From the IMG/VR virus record IMGVR_UViG_3300021960_000027, positions 1-64,000 of that record: 64,000 bases of DNA. One strand, given 5' to 3'. The position numbers were made by a program, and so were the translations under genes. Numbering within the stretch: position 1 is the stretch's first letter; every line of letters starts with the position of its first letter. Origin of the DNA: a virus. Under the pieces are notes generated by a model. It ran no database searches and had not been told where the DNA came from. It worked only from the letters and a program-made list of their open reading frames with translations. Positions 7,850 through 16,763 of this stretch are shown here, in pieces.

Positions 7850-9415
7850 ATGGGTATTCGCCGGACTAAAAAGGTTGCATACATGTCGCATTCGTTTGAC
7901 GACGTTGAGCGTGGGTTTGGCGATGCTAAGGATGGCAAAGAACGTCTCCCCGGCGAATCATGGGAATATCTAGTTGGATACGACGCTGTTCTTGACGGCA
8001 AGTCGTTCAATCAGGCGATGGATGAGGCCGAGGCTGGCTGGGACAAAGAAGAGGCTATGTATGGTCGGGGTGGAATGAACTCTGGCTACGGTCCGACGAC
8101 GATCACTCCAAATTCTTCTCGTAAGACCGCAAGTATTGTTGATGATGCAATCGATGCATACAAAAGAGGGGAATTTGCATCTCTTTCTACCGAAGAACTT
8201 GCGATGCTGTGGAACTCAGTAAATTTTAAATTTTTTGATACTTCTGAGAAACGCTGGTGGGATGCCAACATTATGAGCAAGGCGCACGAAGAACTTATTG
8301 CCCGCGGATATTTCACAAGCAGTGCTACTGCCTCTGCTCGTAAGACCGCAAGTAATTACAACTTCCCCACTGTAACCAACGCAGAGATTCAAAAGTTTAA
8401 GAAGTTGCTGGATGCGATTGGTTACGGTGGCGAACCCGACGACGAACTCCACGACATTCTTCTTGCCAATGGTGGGTTTAAAAAGGCAATGGATAGGGCT
8501 GGGATTGTCAATGATGCCTACAACGATGCCAGAGGTGCTGGCGGTCTTGAGATAGAAGACGGCTGGGGTCTTTCTGTCCTGATCGAAACAACCAGTGGGG
8601 GAGATGTTGCCAGCGGATTTACTGGTGGATACCTCTCTTACAAGGCTTCTGATGAAGAGCGATTGGCAATTCTTGATGCCATCGTTGGTAAGTATCGAAG
8701 CAAAGAGTTTATCGAATCAGCCCAACTAAGAAAAAAATGGATTCTTGAAGAAATGAACAAGACTTCTTCTCGCAAGAACGCTGGTGTGGAGGACGTAGAT
8801 CGTTGGAACTCACTTTGGAAGTGCGACGAGTGTTGGCGTAAGGAAACCATGTACCATCCCGACACGGGTCAGGTTGACGAAGCCGAGAGCCGTGGGTGGG
8901 TTATCGAATACGACGATAATGAAGATATTGATTGGGTACTTTGTCCAGAATGTGCGGGTAATCAAAAGACTTCTTCTCGCAAGACATCTGCAACGTCAGG
9001 TGAGGTTGAGGCGATCATTGGCAAGTTTGATGGTGACCACAAGTCGCGTGTTCAAGCAATGGCAGACCTCATGGAGTACGGTCCGAATTACAACCGCAGT
9101 GTGACGGAGCATGTTCTCACCGCAATGCGCTTCCAAGGCGATGAGCGTGAATGGTTTGTTCGTCGTGCAGAAGCACAGGCAAATCTTGCTCGCACGGGCG
9201 AGTGGTTGCCTCCTATTCATCCGAGCGAAAGCGGTCAGCAGTTGACGCTGGACATTGAGTCTTCTTTTAATGGATGTATGTGTGAGCAAAAGTGTGGGCG
9301 AATTGCGTCTGTTATTGCAAGTTGCCGAACATCGGATGGCATAGAGGGTCAGTATTGTCTTGTCTGTGCAAATGCGCTTGATTTTAAAATCTCTCGTAGA
9401 AAGATTGATTCGTGA
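7850..9415 (+). CDS. polyprotein with SRKTA linkers (putative virion cargo)
   Basis: ATG 7850 after GGAG; linkers KKVA, SSRKTAS, SARKTAS, SSRKNAG and SSRKTSA separate unrelated segments. Confidence 0.75.
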   Translation: MGIRRTKKVAYMSHSFDDVERGFGDAKDGKERLPGESWEYLVGYDAVLDGKSFNQAMDEAEAGWDKEEAMYGRGGMNSGYGPTTITPNSSRKTASIVDDAIDAYKRGEFASLSTEELAMLWNSVNFKFFDTSEKRWWDANIMSKAHEELIARGYFTSSATASARKTASNYNFPTVTNAEIQKFKKLLDAIGYGGEPDDELHDILLANGGFKKAMDRAGIVNDAYNDARGAGGLEIEDGWGLSVLIETTSGGDVASGFTGGYLSYKASDEERLAILDAIVGKYRSKEFIESAQLRKKWILEEMNKTSSRKNAGVEDVDRWNSLWKCDECWRKETMYHPDTGQVDEAESRGWVIEYDDNEDIDWVLCPECAGNQKTSSRKTSATSGEVEAIIGKFDGDHKSRVQAMADLMEYGPNYNRSVTEHVLTAMRFQGDEREWFVRRAEAQANLARTGEWLPPIHPSESGQQLTLDIESSFNGCMCEQKCGRIASVIASCRTSDGIEGQYCLVCANALDFKISRRKIDS

Positions 9416-10470
9416 GCAAAGAACAACTGTACAAATTAGAAAACGAAGTCGAAATGTTGATGGACTTTTTTGAAGAAAACAAAGTCCCAAATGCTCTTCT
9501 TGATGTGTACGAAGGGAACATTCGTAAGGCTTTGAAGCGGGTTGATCCAGCCCTGTTTGGCGACTACGCACTGACGGGTGGAGATTTCCCAAGCATTCTT
9601 TCTGAAGCACTTTTCGTCTCTGCTAACCACGACCCGTACAATGCCTTCAACTCCATTGTTTGGAGCGACACGGTCACTGTTGTTTCTTCTTGGGTTGACA
9701 AGTTGAACAAAGAGAAGGACATGATTGTGTCACGGGGCGATGAAGTTCGTAACGAACTCTGGTCAGACCCAGTTTCCCGTGCCGTCTCATCCCGAAAGAC
9801 CGCTTCACCAAAGCCGTATCGGGGCACCTACGTCTCCGAGTATGACACCATTCGCGATATGTATCGGCGCGCCCTTGAAGACCAAGAAGATGCTGTCCGA
9901 GGGTCTACTGACGAGTATTACGAAATGTCAGATGACGAATGGGACTATGTGTGGGATTCGATGATTAGTAGCGTGGAAGATACTTTTACGATGGACATCG
10001 GAAAATATGCTGATGAGATCGTGGAGGATTTTATTGGTGTCCGACCGGGAGATTTGGCAGGCACTAGCAGTTCCATTGACATTGACATGACTCTTGACGA
10101 ATGGAACAAGCAGTTTGAGAAAGAGTCTTCTCGTAAAATTGCTTATTCCAGTTGGCTCAATGAGCAACAAGAAATTCTTCGCGTCAATGATTACAGGGCA
10201 GAAGACTCGGAGCGGAAATCGTGGCTGAAGGATTCTGGGACTGTTAGAGATGGCGTAAAAGTTGTCTACATTAACCTTGATGAAGAATCTGAGAATATCT
10301 ACTGGAGGGTTGAGAGTTTCGCCCCCGGTTGGGATTCTGACGAAGTGACGCTTGAGGCAGAGGGAGTGGAACGCTCTCTGAAAGACGTATGGCCTCAAAC
10401 CGACCGAATTACTCATCCAGAATTTTTTGGAAAAGAGTCTTCCAGTATTGATTACTGGGGATCAATCTAA
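9412..10470 (+). CDS. polyprotein with SRKTA linkers
   Basis: SSRKTAS, KESSRKIAY and KESSS; GTGA overlap with the previous gene. Confidence 0.75.
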   Translation: MSKEQLYKLENEVEMLMDFFEENKVPNALLDVYEGNIRKALKRVDPALFGDYALTGGDFPSILSEALFVSANHDPYNAFNSIVWSDTVTVVSSWVDKLNKEKDMIVSRGDEVRNELWSDPVSRAVSSRKTASPKPYRGTYVSEYDTIRDMYRRALEDQEDAVRGSTDEYYEMSDDEWDYVWDSMISSVEDTFTMDIGKYADEIVEDFIGVRPGDLAGTSSSIDIDMTLDEWNKQFEKESSRKIAYSSWLNEQQEILRVNDYRAEDSERKSWLKDSGTVRDGVKVVYINLDEESENIYWRVESFAPGWDSDEVTLEAEGVERSLKDVWPQTDRITHPEFFGKESSSIDYWGSI

Positions 10471-10513
10471 CGAAAGGTTTGGTAGCAGAGTCCACCTCCT
10501 GCTTTGCTACCAC

Positions 10514-10553
10514 GGGGGGAGCCGAGCGTTGGGTTCGGCTCCCCCCACTTTTT
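10514..10553 (+). terminator. intrinsic terminator
   Basis: GGGGGGAGCCGAGC ... GTTCGGCTCCCCCC followed by ACTTTTT. Confidence 0.8.
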
Positions 10554-10564
10554 AAGGAAACAAA

Positions 10565-10765
10565 ATGCAAATCATCCAGTGGACTATCGAATTTAACGAA
10601 CAAGATGGTGAGTCTGGTTGGGATGTGTTTTTTGATAACAGGGTTGTGGAGTATGCGCTTCCAGAAGAGGATGATGCGCTGGATGTCGTGAGGCAACGTG
10701 CAGGTTCCCCAACTACTGTTCTCATTATTGATGAGTTCGACGGTGAACGTCAGGTCGTTGCTTGA
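10565..10765 (+). CDS. hypothetical protein
   Basis: AAGGA RBS; 66 aa. Confidence 0.6.
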   Translation: MQIIQWTIEFNEQDGESGWDVFFDNRVVEYALPEEDDALDVVRQRAGSPTTVLIIDEFDGERQVVA

Positions 10766-10767
10766 GC

Positions 10768-10802
10768 CTGTCTTTGCGTCTGGCAATCCTCCGAAAGAGA
10801 TG
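10768..10802 (+). promoter_or_regulatory. putative late promoter, near-leaderless
   Basis: CTGTC-N22-AAGAGATG directly before ATG 10805. Confidence 0.7.
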
Positions 10803-10804
10803 AC

Positions 10805-12856
10805 ATGGCATTTACAAAGTTCGCTCGTTCAAGTGTATTAGAGGCTGAAGTCGCTGGTCGTTCCGGTGGCTTGATGAAGAACGCTCACCGACATACGTTT
10901 GATTACACCCCACGGGAGGGATACTTGTATGTTCGGTCTAGGGCGATTTCTTCCAGAACGAACGACAACTTTGACACGTTCCCTTCTGAAGAAATCAAGA
11001 AGGCGTGGGCTACGTTTGTAGGTAAGCCAGTTTTTGTTAACCACCACAATGACGATCATCGTCGTGCGCGTGGTGTTGTTATTGACGCGGCTCTGCATGA
11101 GGACATCGCTCCAGACGGCACAGATGACACTTGGGTTGAGGTGCTGATGGAAATTGATGCCATCACGTTCCCCAAGTTGGCGAAAGCAATTCTTGCTGGC
11201 GATATTGAGCGGACAAGCATGGGTTGCGACGTTGCTTTTTCTGTGTGTTCTGTGTGTGGCAACAAGGCGACGACTCCGATGGAGTATTGCTCTCATATTC
11301 CTCGCATGAAAGGTCAGCGCATTCGTCGCAGGACAGCGTCTGGTTCTGGCACTGAGGATGTGCTTGTCCATGAGTTGTGTCATGGGCTGTCGTTCTTTGA
11401 GAACAGTGTGTTAGTCGAAGACCCTGCTGACCCGACTGCATATTTTATTGGTGTTGATGATCGTGGTGTCGGGGGTGGCTACACGGGCACGGTTACCAAA
11501 GCCGCGTCTAAGGCTGATGCTAAGAACGATGGTGATTTATGTTCTCAAGTTTCTCTTGGCACAACCGCCAGTGAGTTTGGCTCATACGAGTCAAAACTGT
11601 CTCTGTTTATCGGTATGGCAGAAGAGACGATGAAACGGCAGGGACTGACTGGTCGGAAAATTGAGTTGCCAGTCGGTCGCCAAGACGATCCGCAATATCA
11701 GCGTGCTATCGGTATCTGGAATGAATGGGCAAGGAAAGTCTCTGGGCTTGGTGTTATCTACATCCGTACAGGTACATCGTATGACACAGATTACGGTTAT
11801 TTAAAAAACAATCAGGCGTTTTACCAAAACGGCACGATTGTTGCTCGCCAATCAACAGATGAATTGACGCTATTGCATGAGATTGCCCATGCGATCCAAT
11901 TTAATGAAGGGCTTGAGGCTGGGGGGCACAACGTCGACTTTGCTCGCATTGCAAGCAATTTGTACCACAAGCACTTAGGCAAACAGGCAGGGGATTTGTT
12001 TGACGAGGTGTCCGCTTGGAAAGACTTTGAGTCTGGCAAGTTGTCTAGCAAGAGTGCATCTAAGCCTAAGGTTGATGTTGAGGCCGTCCCCCTAGCAATA
12101 AGTGGCTTTGACCTGCGTTCGTTCACAGTCAACGGGGAGAACTACAGCATAAGCACGGGTGGAGATGCTGTTGGGGGTGGACAGTACAACGGATATCTCG
12201 TTGCGTACGATTCAGGTGGGCGCAAGGCTGGCTACATCGATTACATGCAGTTGGGCGATGAGGTACAGATTGCGATGATTGAGGTAGAGCCTGAGTTCCG
12301 CAGAAAAGGTATTGCAACAGGTCTGCTAGGTGCCCTGAAGGTTCACACAGGATCAGAAAAAATTGATTCTGGCATGCTGACAGACGATGGCGGTAAGTGG
12401 TGGAATTCAGTCAATTCTTCAAGGCGTGATCGGTACTCAAACATGTACTCCGCTTCGCTTATCAAGAAGAAAGCGTTGACTGAGGATTCCAAGCCCGGTG
12501 TTTGGGCATCATCGATGCTTGATGTGGCTATTAACGCTTCAAATGGTGACGGAGATTGCTTTCCCTCGGCGGTAGCCACGGCACTAAAGTTTGAATCTAA
12601 AAATCCCTTGATTTGTCATGGACAGCCAATCTTCAAGGGGAATGGCGAGATGAACGGACAGCCATACGACCATGCTTGGGTTGAAATTGGCTCTACTGTT
12701 GTTGACCGCTCAAATGGACGAAAGGGCGACGGCGAGTTCCCTAAAGAACTGTATTACGATGTGGGGAACATTGACGGTGCCTCTGTTCGTCGTTACACGA
12801 TTGAAGAGGCGATGCTCAAAATCAGTTCTAATGGTCACTGGGGACCGTGGCGATGA
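10805..12856 (+). CDS. capsid maturation protease fused to zincin (HEIAH), GNAT and transglutaminase-like domains
   Basis: N-terminus YLYVRSRAISSRTNDNFD, KPVFVNHHN, TSMGC, FFENS...DPADPTA (Bxz1/E3-type protease); later LLHEIAH, IEVEPEFRRKGIAT and GDCF...HAWVE..D. Confidence 0.85.
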   Translation: MAFTKFARSSVLEAEVAGRSGGLMKNAHRHTFDYTPREGYLYVRSRAISSRTNDNFDTFPSEEIKKAWATFVGKPVFVNHHNDDHRRARGVVIDAALHEDIAPDGTDDTWVEVLMEIDAITFPKLAKAILAGDIERTSMGCDVAFSVCSVCGNKATTPMEYCSHIPRMKGQRIRRRTASGSGTEDVLVHELCHGLSFFENSVLVEDPADPTAYFIGVDDRGVGGGYTGTVTKAASKADAKNDGDLCSQVSLGTTASEFGSYESKLSLFIGMAEETMKRQGLTGRKIELPVGRQDDPQYQRAIGIWNEWARKVSGLGVIYIRTGTSYDTDYGYLKNNQAFYQNGTIVARQSTDELTLLHEIAHAIQFNEGLEAGGHNVDFARIASNLYHKHLGKQAGDLFDEVSAWKDFESGKLSSKSASKPKVDVEAVPLAISGFDLRSFTVNGENYSISTGGDAVGGGQYNGYLVAYDSGGRKAGYIDYMQLGDEVQIAMIEVEPEFRRKGIATGLLGALKVHTGSEKIDSGMLTDDGGKWWNSVNSSRRDRYSNMYSASLIKKKALTEDSKPGVWASSMLDVAINASNGDGDCFPSAVATALKFESKNPLICHGQPIFKGNGEMNGQPYDHAWVEIGSTVVDRSNGRKGDGEFPKELYYDVGNIDGASVRRYTIEEAMLKISSNGHWGPWR

Positions 12857-13854
12857 ACGAATTTTTTCCTCAGGAAGAGTGGGAAATTGGGGAAAAGTTT
12901 ATCCCAGTTGACGGCATCAATAAGACCGCCGACCAGCGTGACCATGAATGGCTAGAGGGCTATCGGGACGCTATTAAGTACGGCAACAACACAAGTGTTC
13001 TTGAGGCACGCTACGACAGGGGTTGGCGTTATCAAGCAGGCTTTTCAAAAGGTCTTTCGGACAGAAAGACAAGTTGGGATAGCAGTAGCAGGTTGGTCGA
13101 ACAAGAATATCAACGTGTTTTAAGGTCTGACGACCCCGACGACCGATGGCTTAGGCAGAAGATGCGCTCCGAGATGCGATATTCAGCCGGTCGGTCAGGT
13201 TTGTTTTGGAGAGTCCACGACAAGAGCAGACCTTTTACTATTGAGCAGGCATATTCGGTTGGCAATAACCCGTGGAGTCAATCCGATGATTTTTTGCGTA
13301 GTTCGTTCTACCGGCTTGGGTTCTCTGCCATTGATGATCCGTGGAGCCTGTGGGCGTATGTGATGGCTTACGGTTGGTACTGGTCGGGCTTGGTTCAGGA
13401 CGACTACGTCATCCAGTTCTCTGGTCGCCAAACAACGAAGGCTGATATGAGAAAAGTGTTTGAGGAAGACGAATTTTCGGGTGGTTTTTCTGAACAAGAA
13501 ATTCAGTACCGTCTTTCTTATTTAAGCGATCCAGTGACCGGACCGGACGGCGAGTTCTGTGTCATTCCTGATTTCTCTACGGTGAGCAAAATGTCGTGGA
13601 ATGACTTTGAAGATTTGCTTATACGCACACCGCTTCCATCTCGCCCTTCTGGTCATGGCAACGCAAAAATTATGCCGACTTGGGATGCGTACATCGGTGA
13701 GTTGTGGTCGCACTCTCAAAAACGTGGGCTAAAGCCGGGGCGTGTGCTTGAACACGCACATCGTCTGGTTTTTGGCAAGTCTTCTTCAATCAATGATCCA
13801 ATTATGGCAACCGCACTGTTGCCTTCTGTCAAAGACCTCAATAAGAGTTGGTGA
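12853..13854 (+). CDS. two-segment protein with a possible ADP-ribosyltransferase-like domain
   Basis: NKTA and RYSA linkers; FWRVH...GFSA...GPDGEFCV resembles an R-S-E ART core. Confidence 0.5.
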   Translation: MNEFFPQEEWEIGEKFIPVDGINKTADQRDHEWLEGYRDAIKYGNNTSVLEARYDRGWRYQAGFSKGLSDRKTSWDSSSRLVEQEYQRVLRSDDPDDRWLRQKMRSEMRYSAGRSGLFWRVHDKSRPFTIEQAYSVGNNPWSQSDDFLRSSFYRLGFSAIDDPWSLWAYVMAYGWYWSGLVQDDYVIQFSGRQTTKADMRKVFEEDEFSGGFSEQEIQYRLSYLSDPVTGPDGEFCVIPDFSTVSKMSWNDFEDLLIRTPLPSRPSGHGNAKIMPTWDAYIGELWSHSQKRGLKPGRVLEHAHRLVFGKSSSINDPIMATALLPSVKDLNKSW

Positions 13855-13860
13855 GACTGT

Positions 13861-15189
13861 ATGGCTGAAAAGAAAGAATTTTGGGAAAAGAAAAATCCCA
13901 AAGAAAAATCAAAGAAACTTACTCCTGAGCAAAAAGCAAAGGCGAAACGTCGTGCCAAGGAGAACGGTCGTCCGTACCCGAACATGGTGGATAATGCGTG
14001 GGCATCAAAGGAAGGCTCGGTAGACATAGAAGATTCTTCTATGAAAAGTCTTGCTTATGGAGAATTGACTGCTCCAGAAAACGTCGACACACTTCGCCTT
14101 AAAGACTGCCCTGTTTGTGGTGAGGATGATTCTTGGGATAGCGATGGACGTTGCCGTGTTTGTGGTCACATTCCACCCCCAGAACCATTCCAAGAGCCGA
14201 ATTTAGATATTGCACAAAAAGCAGACATGCGATCCGGTCCGATTAATCCAAATCTCTTTAAATCTCCTGCCTTTGAGGAAGAGGAAGAAGAAGAGGATGA
14301 GGATGATGAAGAAGAAGTTGGCGGTAACACTGTCAACGCCACGTTAAATCCACGGAAGACACAGAAGTTCTACCGTCGTCAACAAGGAGAGCGTTCAATG
14401 CGCCATACGGCTTCGACCAACAAAATGCGTAGCATCATTCAGGCTCAGGCAAATCAGATTGCTGAGTTGCAGGGACAGAATGATTCTTTGCGCCGTCGTC
14501 TAGCAGTTGCTAATCGTCGTTCAGCACAACTTCGTCGTCGTGCAGACATCGACAACCCAGCACAGCCTTGGGCAGAGGGTGCAGAAGAGGCACCAGCCGC
14601 GACCACAGAAGGAACCATCCCATCGGCTCAGAATTCTGACGTTGATGTGACGACTCCGGGTGGTTGGCAGGATGCTCCTGAAGCGATGAGCGTTGATGTA
14701 ACCGAGGCCGGTGGCGTTTCAATGGCAGAGCCTGCTGTTGACCAAGATGTTACCGCCCCAGTTGCTGGTGGTGTTGACCACGCCATTGAAGACCTTCGCA
14801 CTGAAGTTGATGTGAATGCTGATGGAGAGGGTATGGGCGAGGTCGCCTACGCCGATGGCGAGTGGGCAACAGATGCAACAACCGCATCAAAGCGCACCTT
14901 TGCTTCACTCCGTCTTGCTCGCCTCCGCATTGAGGCTGGAATTGACAGCGGTGATGACATTACGCTTGCAGAAAAGATTGCTAAGAGCAACGTTACTACT
15001 GCACAGATTCGCAACGAAATCAGCACTCTGTCAAAGGTTCAGAGTGTTTCGGCTTCTCGTCGTACGGCATCTCGTCCGCAAGCAAATGTTGTCCGCAACG
15101 TTCCTTCGCTTGTTTCGACTGCCGCGCCTGTCGTTCATGTTCCGGCTCCTTCAATTAGCCCGAACAACGACGAGTTCTTGTTCATCTGA
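13861..15189 (+). CDS. scaffold-like protein (N-terminal basic domain, Zn ribbon, scaffold); internal start at 14398
   Basis: GRPYPNMVDN domain; AYGE..AP..VDTLR..CPVCG; ASLRLARLRIEAG; position before capsid genes. Confidence 0.7.
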   Translation: MAEKKEFWEKKNPKEKSKKLTPEQKAKAKRRAKENGRPYPNMVDNAWASKEGSVDIEDSSMKSLAYGELTAPENVDTLRLKDCPVCGEDDSWDSDGRCRVCGHIPPPEPFQEPNLDIAQKADMRSGPINPNLFKSPAFEEEEEEEDEDDEEEVGGNTVNATLNPRKTQKFYRRQQGERSMRHTASTNKMRSIIQAQANQIAELQGQNDSLRRRLAVANRRSAQLRRRADIDNPAQPWAEGAEEAPAATTEGTIPSAQNSDVDVTTPGGWQDAPEAMSVDVTEAGGVSMAEPAVDQDVTAPVAGGVDHAIEDLRTEVDVNADGEGMGEVAYADGEWATDATTASKRTFASLRLARLRIEAGIDSGDDITLAEKIAKSNVTTAQIRNEISTLSKVQSVSASRRTASRPQANVVRNVPSLVSTAAPVVHVPAPSISPNNDEFLFI

Positions 15190-15204
15190 TAAAAGGAAGC
15201 AATC

Positions 15205-15423
15205 ATGCCTGATTTCAAGTCTCTCGGTCTTCGTCTCGCCTCAGTTTTCGCGGCGAGCGCAATTCCAAACATTTTGGCTGGCGCACTTGTTGATGTTGCC
15301 GTGTGGAAGTCCAGCGTTATGGCTGGAGCCATCGCAGTCCTCGCAGTTGTTCAAAAACTGGCAGTTGGACTTCGTGACGGAAACCTTTCCTCGGCTGAAA
15401 TCACTGACGCTTTCGGAGAGTGA
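15205..15423 (+). CDS. holin-like membrane protein
   Basis: two TM segments; DGNLSSAEI..AF tail; next to endolysin. Confidence 0.65.
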   Translation: MPDFKSLGLRLASVFAASAIPNILAGALVDVAVWKSSVMAGAIAVLAVVQKLAVGLRDGNLSSAEITDAFGE

Positions 15424-15429
15424 TCTTTT

Positions 15430-15711
15430 ATGCCCCTCCTAAAAAATAGGGGCATGATTAAAGACATCTTTGTTCGCATTTTTGCGACGTTTGCCATGTC
15501 CTCTCTCGGCATCTTGTCTGGTGCATCTATTGTCGGCGGTATTCCGTTGTGGAAAGCCGCGGCTCTTGCGGGTTTTGTTGCGGTTGCTCAGGTTTTGGAG
15601 CGACTTGCCGCGGCATCTCTTGATGGCGAACTGACGCAAGAGGAAATTAACGAAGCCTTCCTTGGTGCGCGTGTCGTACGAAGCACCTCAGAAACAACAC
15701 AGGAGAAATAA
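15430..15711 (+). CDS. holin-like membrane protein (paralog of the previous gene)
   Basis: two TM segments; DGELTQEEINEAF. Confidence 0.65.
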   Translation: MPLLKNRGMIKDIFVRIFATFAMSSLGILSGASIVGGIPLWKAAALAGFVAVAQVLERLAAASLDGELTQEEINEAFLGARVVRSTSETTQEK

Positions 15712-15716
15712 TTATC

Positions 15717-16763
15717 ATGGGCTACCCCTGCATCAAGTTGCAAATGCCATCAGCGATGAATGGCCTGAAGAATGGTCAGTTGCCAGAGTCTATGCTTGCT
15801 CGCGTTAAGACGGGTGGGCGTATGTACGCTCCTGTCGTTGAAGAGTTCAACAAGATGTATGACGCGGCTCTCGCGGCAGGACACAAACTCCGTAACGTTG
15901 GTGATTACCGTTCGTTCCAAAGCCAGTTGAACATGTTCATGGATCGCTATTCGACTACCGACTTTGGTCGTTCGCCACAGGTTGCTCGCCAATATGAAGG
16001 CAAGACTTGGTATCTCAAGCCCGGTAAGGCACCGTCCGCTGTTCCAGACCCGACCGGAACCAAGGGTTCCAACCACGGTTGGGGACTTGCTATTGACCTT
16101 GCGTATGAGGACAGTGCTGGCAAACTCCGCGGCATGGGTGGAGCCTGTTTCGACTGGCTCTGCGAGAATGCGCCAAAGTACGGCTTCTATCTTCAGACTT
16201 CTGACCGTAACTCTAAGTGGTGGGAAGCATGGCACTGGCAATATTGCTTGGGTGACGCAAAACCTGACCCTAACGCACAGCCAGAGGTTGAAAGTCTTCC
16301 AGCAGAGGCACAGGGCAACCAGTCTCTTCGTAAGGGAGCAAGGGGTGAAGCAGTCAAAGAAATCCAAAAGATTGTTGGGGCAAGCCCAGTAGACGGTGAC
16401 TGGGGTTCAAAGACTGATATCGCAGTTAAGGCTTGGCAAAAGAAGCACGGTCTACAAGCGGATGGTGTATGGGGCAACATGTCCAGCGAGCATGCCGCGA
16501 ACTGTGATTGCAATAAGAAGTCAACGCCTGCTCCTGCTCCTGCTCCTAAGGTCAGTTCACATCCGTATCCCGGCAAATCAATTCGTCGTGGTAGCAAGGG
16601 TGAAAGCGTCAAACTTGTTCAGGCAAAGGTTGGGGCAAAACCGGATGGAGATTTCGGACCGGCAACTGAGCGTTCAGTCAAGGCTTGGCAAAGCAAGCAC
16701 CCAGAGTGCGGTCCGAGCGATGGAGTAGTTGGTCCGAAAACTTGGGGAGTGATGTTTTCGTGA
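15717..16763 (+). CDS. endolysin: M15 (VanY-like) peptidase plus two PG-binding domains
   Basis: YRS...SNHGWGLAID...EAWHW; DG.WG..T and DG.FGP.T repeats. Confidence 0.9.
   Translation: MGYPCIKLQMPSAMNGLKNGQLPESMLARVKTGGRMYAPVVEEFNKMYDAALAAGHKLRNVGDYRSFQSQLNMFMDRYSTTDFGRSPQVARQYEGKTWYLKPGKAPSAVPDPTGTKGSNHGWGLAIDLAYEDSAGKLRGMGGACFDWLCENAPKYGFYLQTSDRNSKWWEAWHWQYCLGDAKPDPNAQPEVESLPAEAQGNQSLRKGARGEAVKEIQKIVGASPVDGDWGSKTDIAVKAWQKKHGLQADGVWGNMSSEHAANCDCNKKSTPAPAPAPKVSSHPYPGKSIRRGSKGESVKLVQAKVGAKPDGDFGPATERSVKAWQSKHPECGPSDGVVGPKTWGVMFS

Noticed and set aside
8114-8984. CRISPR or DGR interpretation of the linker repeats
   Set aside because: Repeats are in-frame, ~20 nt and irregularly spaced by hundreds of nt; there are no cas or RT genes and no adenine-specific variation.
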